A DNA stretch of 64,000 nucleotides from the human T2T-CHM13v2.0 reference genome, Homo sapiens. The DNA lies in assembly GCF_009914755.1 (NCBI RefSeq), contig NC_060926.1; one strand, 5' to 3'. Made by a program: the position numbers and the translations under genes. The notes below the pieces were generated by a model. That model was given only the letters and a program-made list of their open reading frames with translations. It was not told the origin of the DNA and ran no database searches. Shown one piece after another: positions 27,871-39,665 of this stretch. Position 1 is the first letter of the stretch, and each line of letters begins with the position of its first letter.

Positions 27871-28964
27871 CCTTCAAAAGGAAATGAAGCCACTTCCTTT
27901 CCATGTGAGAAATGATGGTCAGATATAATGTCTATATTTTTACTTTTTATCCAAATTCCCTGTAGGGTTAAACATGTGACACGCCATTGTCAGTTTGCAC
28001 AAGGCCAGTCCCTGATATTCTTTAATTTTATTTTCTGTAGGATATTTCCCTTTATTTGTCCTCTAATATTTAATGGTAGACAAAGTGGAGGGGTCCCATC
28101 TATGGCTAACCCAGAAGTACAATACAGCCTAGATCTATTAGTGCATAAGAACAGTGTTGCAGATGTCAAAAATTCATCATAGGAGAAAAGTCTTGGAATA
28201 CAAACTTTGCTAACTCCTTGCCTCACTACACCTCTTTAAAATTTATTTAAAGCATGTTTAAATCTGGGCAGAAAGCATTTATTACTTTGGGTCCCATGAT
28301 GAGTCTTGGATATAAAATGTGTTTAAAGAATGGACAACTCCTGACATAGGGTTTTCTCCATTGTCTCCAGGCCTCAAAAGACCATTTCTCCAAAAGTGCA
28401 TCCTGGCACTGTACCACACACTGGCAAATATTAAAAATAATATAACATGACAGTGAATGGAAAAAAGTTTTACAATAGGTTTCATAATTTAAATATTTAC
28501 AAAGACTTCAGAAGCACAGACCATATTTTAATAGGCTTTAGAGGCTAGTTAACATGAACCTTCAGGAATAACAAGAACATCAGGCATTTTAGATGAGGAA
28601 AGACATCGCAAGTTGAGAAAAGGGAATAGTCAATGGCATCAGGTGGGTGTCAAATTATGGCGGACTGTAATACTGGAAGATCCCATCATGTGGGTAGAGC
28701 AGAAAGGGACATGATGCAATTTATGATTTACAGGGCTGTCTTTGGAAACAATACGAAATGAAGAACTGAGAAACTGGACTCAGAAAGAGCAACTGGGAAA
28801 TTATTGCAAAAATTCACACAAAAGATGTAGAACCTGGCAGTTAGAGTGAGAATGAAAAGGAGTTAGATTCAATAATTAGTTCAACAGAGGAACTGAGAGT
28901 GATGATTTCACTATTGCTCTGTACCATCATTTGTCTGTTAATGTAGGAAGGCAAATGGCATAGG

Positions 28965-29110
28965 AGTTGACTGAGGTCAATATACTGATGCTGCTGCTTA
29001 TTAGATGTGTAACCTTGGACAAGTTACTTAATCTTTCTAAAGTTTTCTTATAAAAAATGTGAAGATAATAGACCTCAATTTCATGGAATTTTGGAACTTA
29101 GCAAGCTATA
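28965..29110 (+). mobile_element. MIR
   Basis: CTTATTAGATGTGTAACCTTGGACAAGTTACTTAATCTTTCT...AAGATAATA. Confidence 0.75.
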
Positions 29111-29236
29111 ATAACTTTTATATATTTCCTTCCTGCTATAAGTATCTACACCTGGACAATGGTAGCAAGAAAAATTACAGCTGTTTTTAAAGTTAGTATG
29201 GATAATTTTACTTTATCACTTTTTCAGAGAAATCAT

Positions 29237-29310
29237 ATGTTTGTGTGTATGTGTGTGTGTGTGCACATGTGTGTGTATATATATACATATGTACATATCT
29301 ATCTATATCA
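29237..29310. repeat. Imperfect (TG)n/(TA)n
   Basis: Directly visible. Confidence 0.8.
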
Positions 29311-29387
29311 CATTTGAAGTCGATTGGATTCTGTAAAAAATTGGAGGAGACACATCATATATAATGGTGCTAACTGGACTCTAAGTT

Positions 29388-29558
29388 GGGAGTTGTCAAA
29401 CTTGGCTACATATTGAGCTCATCAAGAATTTGGGAAACAAAATTTCTGGGATAAAAGCTGAGCCAATGGAATTACAGTATCTGGAAATGGAAGACAGGAG
29501 TCATTTTTTAGAGGATCACAGGTAATTCCAGTGCACAGCTTAAATTGATGACCACTGC
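29388..29558. mobile_element. MER5-family hAT-Charlie MITE, copy 1
   Basis: TCAAACTTGGCTACATATTG...CAGGTAATTCCAGTGCACAGC...TTGATGACCACTG. Confidence 0.6.
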
Positions 29559-29574
29559 TCAAAGTGTTTCAGGT

Positions 29575-29732
29575 CAGCACTTCTCAAAATTGAATGTGCA
29601 TCAAAATCACCTGGGAAACCTGTTGAAATGCAGGTTCCATAAACCTGATATGGAGTCTGAGATTCTGCATTTCTGCAAGATCTCAGTGGCTGGCTTGTCA
29701 CTGATGAGTAGACCAAACTTGGAGTAGAATGG
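29575..29732. mobile_element. MER5-family MITE, copy 2 (MER5A/B-like)
   Basis: CTTCTCAAAATTGAATGTGCATCAAAATCACCTGGG...TGAAATGCAG...GAGATTCTGCATTTCT...GACCAAACTTGGAGTAG. Confidence 0.75.
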
Positions 29733-30061
29733 ATCTTGATGATTGGATCAGAGATGCTTCTGTAGACCAGAAAAGTTTCCAGGAGCTTGGGCCAAGGGTT
29801 GTTGGATTTCAACAGCTGGTAAAGCATGGAGATTCCATTCAGTCACATGGATCAAGAAGAACAGAGGGTACATGGGGGATGCACGGAGAACAACATGACT
29901 GATACACAGTCAATTTTGAGGGAGTAGTAGAGGATAAATCTGAAACATGAGGAGAGTGTGAGAATAGAGTGAGGCCTTGAAAGCTCTGGGGAGATAACCA
30001 GGCTTTTACTTGCAAATGGTAGTCTCCCTCTAATACTAAAGAGCCTGGGCAAGAGTACAAA

Positions 30062-30552
30062 TGCGGCACTACTCACAATAGCAAAGACTTGGAACCAACC
30101 CAAATGTCCACCAATGATAGACTGGATTAAGAAAATGTGGCATACATACACGATGGAATACTATGCAGCCATAAAAAAGGATGGGTTCATGTTCTTTGTA
30201 GGGACATGGATGAAGCTGGAAACCATTATTCTGAGGAAACTATTCCAAGGACAGAAAACCAAACACCACACGTTCTCACTCATAGGTGGAAATTGAACAA
30301 TGAGAACACTTGGACATAGGGCAGGGAACATCACACACGGGGGCCTGTCATGGGGTGGGGGGATGAGGGAGGGATAGCATTAGAAGAAATACATAATGTA
30401 AATGATGAATTAATGGATGCAGCAAACCAACATATCATATGTATACATATGCATCAAACCTGCACGTTGTGCAGATGTATAATATGTGCACATAATAATA
30501 TTATTAAATATATTATTATGTATATTTAATAATATTAAAGTATAATAAAAAG
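30062..30552 (+). mobile_element. 5'-truncated L1PA (about PA5-PA7), ORF2 end plus 3'UTR
   Basis: ORF 30114-30296 MIDWIKKMWHTYTMEYYAAIKKD...FSLIGGN is the L1 ORF2p C-terminus; G-rich 3'UTR and TAAAGTATAATAAAA end. Confidence 0.95.
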
Positions 30553-30589
30553 AAAGTATATATTTTGAAACAGTTTTAACAATTGCAAT

Positions 30590-30790
30590 AGCAAAACATT
30601 GATTTTATATATGGTAGGCACTCTGATAAATACTTCATGCTGATTACGTGGTTTTATTCTCATGACAGTACTATGGGATATGTACTATTATCCCATTTTA
30701 TTGTTCATGAAACTTAAATAGGCAGAAATCAGTATCTTGCTCAAGGTCATATGGCTGATAATGAATTCAGACCGAATTAGCTCATTCTTT
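30590..30790 (-). mobile_element. MIR
   Basis: TACTATTATCCCATTTTA...CTTGCTCAAGGTCATATGGCT. Confidence 0.7.
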
Positions 30791-33700
30791 CATTCTTTGT
30801 CAGTTTTTCAGAGATGGTACTATTCTGGTTCAAAAAAAATCAAGTTACCAAGTTTATAATTTTATATTCATATACTGCTAAAATGGAGTTTTAGTCCAAA
30901 CTGAGTAAACTATTACAAATTTATCCAAACTCAGCTAAAAAAGCAACAATATCTTGCATGCCTTAGTCTGTGAAACCATATAATTCTCAATATGTGTATG
31001 GGTTTATCCAACATGGTTTAGAAAAGGCAATTTTGAAAAATAATATCAATTTATTGATGCTGGGATTACAATACCTACTTGTGTTGGAGCAGATAGATCA
31101 TAAAGGATCCTTCCTTAAATGATCAGTACATGTATACTGTTCCAGGAATGTGAAAGACCAAAAACAGAGTAAAATTTTCTAGATAATCGGATTCAACATA
31201 TCTGTCCCCAAGGATCCAGAATCCAAAATTTTTGCAAGTACCCTATGTAAATATTATGGTATGCCATACAACTTGAGAAACACGAATGTAGTTCAATGAA
31301 TTCTGGCAAATAGTGAGAATTTTAAGACATTTTTAGTAATAGTTATTTGAAAAACATGATCAAGCTAATGGGACAGTAGACATTTTTACCCTGAGAACGG
31401 AGGATGATTTTACTATGTGCCATGTATAGTGATTACTATAAAGTAACTACACAAAGTGTATCCTCTATGCCTCTGAATCTCTCTGTCAGTGGCTATCCAG
31501 CAAGAGGGTAAACACTGTCACTTTCCTGTGCTGTAACAGTCCATAGACCATTCCGGCTACATATGACAGGGAAAATAATTTAAATAAAAATGTTCCCGAA
31601 AACTGCAAAACTTGCCAGCCTAAGGTATTTTCATGAAACATTTTTTTTCCTTCTATCAACCCAACTCTATCATTAAAACGCAATTTTGACATCCAAACAT
31701 AATGTATTCAAAATGTTTTCTTGCTATTCCTCACTATCCCCTAACTTCTCTTTCAGTATACTGAACCTTAATCTAAGACTATACATTAGAAAGAGCTATC
31801 TTGAAAAGCGTCAGTAACTAAAATCTGCATGTTATTAGTTTTATTCCAAGCAAATTTATAATTGCTAGAGAAATGGGAATGAAAATGAAAGCAGTCCACA
31901 GAACACTCCCCATTTCCCAAATAAAATGTTAATATTATAAATATAAAATTGTGGAGAAACTTTCACTTATTCAAAAATGTATATCATAAGTCAAGGTGGA
32001 TGATGGTCTACGAACTGAGAAGGTGTGATCCTACAATGTATTTTACTAGTTCTAGGACAAAACAATTGTCTAAAATCCTTCCACATGAATAGTTTATGAA
32101 GAAATTCGGTAGAGTTTATGGCCCCCAAATTTGTCTATTATTCCTAACAAAAAATGTGAAGAAAGAGCTGAAGCTGAAAATTTTTACTTGTTTAATAGCA
32201 ACTGTTTTTAAAATATCTGATTATTTGAAACTTGAAAAAGGCAGAGTAGAGGAAATTGTCATTAAACTGTGAGCTATATCTTTTCTTGCAACTCACAAGG
32301 CCAAATAATGTCAGACGTTAGAAACACAAAAATGAAGATAAACGGGAAATCAGTGTCTTATAGATTCTTCTCAAGATAATAAATTTAAGACATTTCTGAA
32401 ATCACATTGTAGGGTTTTTAGGAAAATATCTGACAGCTAAGATGATACTTGAAAGAGAAACTAAATGAAAAATATCTCCAGAAAACAGAGAAAGACAAAT
32501 ATAAATTAGTGACTCAAGGGCATCATGAACTTCTTGCCTTGTGATTTTGTTCACAATAACACTTTTTTGCTGATTATTATAAGAAATAAATGTCAATGAG
32601 ACAATATGGCAGAAGTTGATTCTGCTAGGTTGGTAAAAATGTGAAGGATATTTTTCCTTTGAAAAGTTGGCTGAGAGTTTACAAATATGGTTTCTGGACA
32701 GATTGAAAACAAATGAGCTTCAGTGTGAGACATTTCAAGGCATTTTTAATGCTTTTTTGATCTATCAACAATCAGGTATTTAATGTTTAACTAGCAATTG
32801 TACTCTTTATTGGGAAACAGGGATAAAATTGAGACTTTAACTTTGCTTTATTAAAACATAAAACAATGGGAAAATCCTTGGAGTGCTATATTATATATAA
32901 AATATTTCCAACAAGGAAATTTTGGTAGGTACTTACAAATGTGTGCTATGTACTACTTGAAATAATGACAATGCATTGAGAAGACATGGCCCTAAGCAAC
33001 TCGGGGAGTGGGGGCAGCTGAAGAGGAGGGCGGCATAGGAGATATTAAATCATGCTTCCCTTTGTCATTAACAATTATGTATTCGGGTTCCAAGTCAATG
33101 TTTAATATATCATCAGAGCAATGCATTATAATTCTAGTATGGCTGGCACAGCCAAAGTAACATCACTCTGATGTCATATTAGACTCTGGCAAAGAGCCAC
33201 AATGAGCATGAAAGTTTAGCCATTCTGAGAAGCATTTCTAGTTTTTTTTTTTTTTTTCAAATAAATGATTAACATTAAGCAAACTAAAGAAACAACACAT
33301 TTGAAGAAGTGGAGGTCATTTTCCAACTGTTACTTCATAGTGTACACTGGATGCATGCCAGAGAGACAGAAGGGAAAGTCCTGTCATAAAATATGTTTCA
33401 ATAAATTATTAATTTTTTCATAGGCAGGCTAAAGATTTAGAAGGAAGATGGCATTTTCCAACTAGGCCATAGGCTTATTGAGGTTAAAACTCTTTTTCTT
33501 TTGCCCAACATTGCAATATGGATGAGTCTTTGCTCTAGCTTATCGTAACTGCAGTGCCCAATCGATATTTAAATCCTGAAAGATCAGCAATAATGGATGC
33601 AAACTGAACAGATCAATATTTAGCCTTTTGTGGACTGTAACTTTTATCTTAGCCCCAATTACTCCATGGCACAAGAGTTGATTTTCAATGTCTTGGGTGT

Positions 33701-35678
33701 TTGGAATCTCACTAATTTTAATTTTAATTTTAAATGTTAAATAATACATTGTGAGACACTTGTAGAAATAATTGTTAATAAAAATATTCAAAACATATGC
33801 TTAAATAGGTTCAATGTCTTTTCAGTACCATTTAATAATCATAAATTTCAATTGTGACATGTATATCATTTTTTTTAATTAGAGGGTATCAGATTATTTT
33901 TAAATCCATGAAAAGATATTTCCTTGTAATGTCCTTTGGCAATATTGCATGACTACTTGAGAATGATTTGACCAGTTTATCTTTTTAGGATAAAAACTAA
34001 TTACAGATCTGATATAACATTAACGTTTAAATATTATTTAATTTATTCAGGTATCACAGTATAACTAATCAAATGTGATCATTTGTCTTTGCAGTTCTAT
34101 AAAGGATCTTAAGGAAATCAAGATTCTGAAGAAAGAAATAACTTTCTCTAGAAATAGCAATTCTCATTTATCACTCAGACCATTTATTCATAAATGTGAG
34201 CTCTATTCCCAAATGCCCAAACTTATCTGATGCTAACAAAAAAAAAAACACTGTAACTTTTACCGCTAAGTAAATTAGAACATTTGCTATGAAGAAGTAC
34301 AAAGTACTCATTCTTTTTTTTTTTTAGGACTTCTCAGTGTATGTGTGCATATTGCCTCAGAATTTAAAAAGAGAGGAGGTGAAAATTCCACTTGATGGAA
34401 ACACATTAAGGTTGATTACGGCTTAAAAACTGACAAAACACAAAAAGCAACCACCTGAAGAACGTGAAAAGTAGATGACAACAGTAGAACTGGGAAAGAC
34501 ATGAAAACTTGAGGAACAACCAATATGGTCATGTTTGGTTTCATGTAGTTTTTTTTTTTTTTCTTCTTTAGCTCCCCATTGCAAGACAAATAAATCGAAA
34601 TCTCTTAGTAATCTCTTTCTGGCTAGCAGACCAGGGGGATAAAAAAGCCCTCTATGAGCTGAAGAGAGTAAAGAGAATTGTTTTTCTTCTCCTGTTGTTT
34701 GTTTGTTTGTTTTTAACCTTCTAAGTTCCACACCAAATCCAGTCCTGTCACAGAACGGCAATGCAGTAGTGTAGCAGTGACACAAGTACCTAATGACATA
34801 AGAAAAAAAAAGTCATCATTCTAGAATCAGAAACGGAGAATGGGGTCCCCTTGCAGAAGATTTCCAATTTTTTCTCTATATTGTCTTTCTTTGCTTGCCC
34901 CGAAAGGTAGGCCCAGTTATATGGAACTGCACACCAGCTTGGGAGGCTAAAACACTGAGAGAATCTCATGATTTTGTCTAGACGAACCAGAACAAACCAG
35001 CTCATAGATACTGGAGTGTGTGGGAGAGATCTCAGAGAGGAGTGGAGCTGAAGAAAGATACCTAAATTTGTATATGAACCAACACAAGTTCTAAGCTCAT
35101 CCTAAGCTGTCCATGTACAGAACATACCCTGAAAGCAGAGCAGAAGATTTGGAAAGTGAGTTACTATATTAAACCTGTGCCCAAGTTCTAGCTCATCCTC
35201 TGAGTTGCTCAGATGAGAGGCAGATGCAAAAAATATAGTAGGCACTTTAAAAATTGAACTTACTTTAGATTCACTAACTACAAAAGGCAGTTTGACTTGT
35301 ATTCTGTACTTAAGTTGATTGTCTGCTAAAACTAATGAACAAAACTCAATAGCGTCCACTGGATTTTAAAAAAACCCAGTTTCTCACAACATAGCTTTCC
35401 ATATGTCCAAGATACAATCCAAAGTAACGCAAACTATCAAGAACCGGGGAAATATGACCAACAATCAAGAGACAGACAATCAATAGATGACAATCCTGAG
35501 ATGAACCAGATGTTGGAATTACCAAAGACTTTAAAGAAGTATTATAATCATATTTTATGAAATAAACATGAGCAATTCAAATGAACAGAAAGTTGGAGAA
35601 AGAGAAACCATAAAACAGAAGCAAATGAAAATTTTAAGACAGAGAAATTTGCTCATTTTCCAATGTGTAAAATAAAAT

Positions 35679-36200
35679 TACACATTGGAATACTATTTAG
35701 CTTGTAAAAAGCAGGAAGTTCTGTCATTAGTGACAACACGGATGAACCCAGAGTACCTTATGCTTGGTGAAATAAGCCAGGCACAGAGAGAAAACTACTG
35801 TATAATCTTACTTATATGTGAAATCTAAAAAAAAGAACTAATAGAAGTAGAAAACAGAGTGGTGGTTACCAGAGGCTGGGGTGTGGTGGGATGGAGGAGT
35901 GGACAGGAAAAGGGTAATGTTTGTCAAAAGGTTCAAAGTTTCAGTGGAATAGGAGAAATAGGTTCCGCTGATTGATTGCATAGCATGGTGACTACAGTTA
36001 GTAATAATGTATTGTGTATTTCAAAATAGCTAAAAAATGGATTTTAAATATTCTCATCATAAAGAAATGGCAAGTATTTGAGCTGATGAATATGGTAAAA
36101 ATCTGATTTTTTCATTTGATTGAAGCATCACATTTTGTTTGCCTCAATATATATATAATTATTATTTGTCAATTAAAAATAAAGAAAACTTTAAAAATAA
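35679..36200 (+). mobile_element. L1MA-type 3' end nested in the older L1 ORF1
   Basis: GGAATACTATTTAG...GAAATAAGCCAGGCACAGA...TTATTTGTCAATTAAAAATAAA. Confidence 0.88.
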
Positions 36201-36480
36201 ATAATAAATCATTGGAAGGGATGAATAGCAGAACGAAGATGACAGAGGAAAAAACAGTAAAATTAAACAATAGAAATTATCTAACCTGAACAGCATAATG
36301 AAAAAATATAGAAAATACAATGAACACAGCCTTAGAAACCAGTGGAATAATATTTAGATATCTAACATTTTTGACATTGGATTTCCTGAAATAGTGGATA
36401 AAAGATTTTTTGCACAAAGTGTATTTAATGAAACTGTGGTTGAAAGCATCCCAAACTTGGCAAAAGGCATATATTTTTAC

Positions 36481-36529
<49 letters not shown>

Positions 36530-36557
36530 CAGACAGATATAGACAGATAGATAGATA
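36481..36557. repeat. Compound (GATA)n/(GACA)n STR
   Basis: About 12 perfect ATAG units followed by ACAG variants. Confidence 0.95.
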
Positions 36558-36783
36558 TGCAAGAAGCTCAACAAATTCCAACTACAATTCTCTTAAAAGT
36601 ATTTGCACACAGAGAGCTCCAAAATATAAGAAATATTAAAAACAGATAAAATTAATAGGGGAAATAGAAAAATCCACAGGTTTAAACACTCTTGTCTGTA
36701 TAATTGATAGATAATTGATAGAACAAAGAGAGAATATTTGCAAGGATATAAAAAATTATAACAATACCGTAAACAAATTAGAA

Positions 36784-36987
36784 CAGAAGTTGGCAAACTA
36801 TGGCTTATCAATCAAATCCAGACCACCACATTTTTGGTATGGTCTACAAGATAAGAATGTTTTTCATACTTTTAAATAGTTGCCTTTTAAACGGTTCTAT
36901 AAGTATCTACATAATGTCCTCAATTTTGCCTCTTGGTCTGCAAAGCCTAAAGTATTTACTGCTTAATAAAAAGTTTTCCAATCTCTG
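36784..36987. mobile_element. MER58C-like hAT-Charlie MITE
   Basis: CAGAAGTTGGCAAACTATGGC...AAAAGTTTTCCAATCTCTG TIRs; degenerate 8-bp TSD AATTAGAA/AATGAGAG. Confidence 0.85.
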
Positions 36988-38829
36988 AATGAGAGCTTGA
37001 TTGACATTTATAGAACATGCCACTTAACCACCGCTGAAAAATGTAAAAAAAAAAACAAAAAAAAAACACAATATTCTTTCAAGTACTCATTGACTAGTCA
37101 TTACAATGGACCATATTCTTAACCACATAACAAACCTTAAAAAATTAGTAGAATTAAAACCAAATATAATATGTTCCATGATAATATCAGCATCAGTATA
37201 GAAATCAGATTAACCAAAATATACCTGAAAAATCCCCAAATGTGTTAAAATTAAACAGCACACATGAACAGTCAGTGGATATAAGAGTATGTCTCAAAGA
37301 AAAATTAAAGCATTTTTAATTACAGTATATCAAATGAAGCTAAAGCAGCATTAAGACAGACATTTATGGTAGTAAATGTTTATACCAAAATATTATAGGT
37401 CTTAAATAAAAAACAGGAACATCCACCTTGAGAAACTGGAAAAAGAAAAGCAAATTAAACCCAAAGTAAGCCAAAAAATGAAAAGAATAAAAGTAAGAAC
37501 AAAAATAATGATGTAAAAACAAAATAGAAAATATTTAATAGAAGAAATGGTATTATCTTAGTAAATATCAGGAAAATATGTAAACTACTATTGAAACTGA
37601 CAAGAAAAAAGAAGACTCAAATTCATAATATTAAAAAGGAGCTATCACTATTAATGCTAAAGATATAAAAGATGAATACAAGCATGTTACACACAAGCTT
37701 AAAAATCATTCTTAGAAGAAATTTTAAAAGATCAAAATATTTGTAAACATTCCATATTCATGAATCAGAAGACTCAATTTTGTTAAGATGGCAGTACTAA
37801 CCAAGTTGATCAACAGATTTAATGTAATTCCTATCAAAACCCCAGCTTTCTTCATAGAACTTGACAAGTTGATCTTAAAATTCTTATGAAAAATCAAGTC
37901 ACCTAGAAAAGCCAAAATCTTGAAAAGGAAGACCAAAGTTGGACAACTTATACTTTAGAATTTTAAACTTTAGTAGAAAGCTACAGTAATCAAGATAATG
38001 TGGTACTAGCATATAGGGTAGAATATAAATCAATGAAATGAATTTGAGAGCCAGAAATTAACCTTTGCATATATGGTCAATTGATTTTGATAAGGGTATC
38101 AAGACAATTCAATGGGGAAAAGTTTAGTTTTCAAAAAATTTTGTTGGGAAAACTGAATATCCACTTGCAAAAAAAAGAAAGTTGGACCCCTCTCACTCTA
38201 CACAAAAATTAACTCAAATGAATCATGTATTTAAACTTAAGAAGTAAAACTGTAAAAGTCTCAGAAAAAAATCCACTGAGTGCATCGAATACACAGAACA
38301 ACAGTTAATTGTATATTTTAAATGCACAATGTATCTTATGTGAACTATATAACAATAATGCACTTATATCAAAACAAAACAAAAACCTACACAGTGTCTA
38401 TCGCAGCTTCCATTTGTAGTAACTAAAACCTGAAAACCCAGATACCCCTGAAATAGGGAATAAACAAACAAAAATGGAAAGAAACTTGATGTACGCAAAT
38501 ATATCAATTCCTAAATGCATTATACAACATCATAGAAGCCAGTATCAAAAGTCAGGATATTGTATTCCATTTATATGGCATTCTAGAAAATACAAAACTG
38601 TAGAAATGGCTAATGGATGAGTGATTTCCAACGTCATGGATCAAGGGAGATTTTGACTGCAAATGTAGCATGAGGGTTTCTTTTGAGAGGTGACAAAACT
38701 ATTCAAAGTCCTAATTTGGTTGGTGTATGACTTCATGCATCAGTCAAAAATTATAGTACCGTACAACCTAAAGGAGTTTATTTTACTGTAAGTAAATTTA
38801 AAAATAATTCAATTTATAATGGTAAACTT

Positions 38830-39043
38830 TTCTGTGCCTAATATGTGCTAGCCATTCTTAGATCCTTTAATGTTACTATTCTAGGAAACACAATATGATT
38901 TAGGTATTATCATTCTTATGTTCATTTCACAGATGAGAAACTAGGGTTGAAAGTTTGAAAAACTTAACCCAAGTCACAAACCTAATACTTGTTGGATCAG
39001 GGGATTTGAACCCAGCCAACATGACCTTAGAAATCAAACTCTT
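38830..39043 (-). mobile_element. MIR, interrupted near its 5' head by the Alu pair
   Basis: CATTTCACAGATGAGAAACT...CCCAAGTCACA...GGGATTTGAACCCAG. Confidence 0.8.
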
Positions 39044-39343
<300 letters not shown>

Positions 39344-39353
39344 TCAAACTCTT

Positions 39354-39665
<312 letters not shown>

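Larger units (their letters stand above)
34400..38810 (+). mobile_element. Old, internally deleted L1 (L1ME/MD-like): 5' region, ORF1, ORF2 pieces and 3' end, with nested inserts
   Basis: ORF1 start motif (GATGAACCAGATGTTGGAATTA), ORF2 segments (GAAGACTCAATTTTGTTAAGATGGCAGTACT, GGTCAATTGATTTTGATAAGGG), 3' end ATTTTACTGTAAGTAAATT. 5' boundary uncertain. Confidence 0.75.

Noticed and set aside
29388-29732. Adjacent MER5 copies as a composite transposon
   Set aside because: No shared outer TSD seen; MER5 clustering is common.
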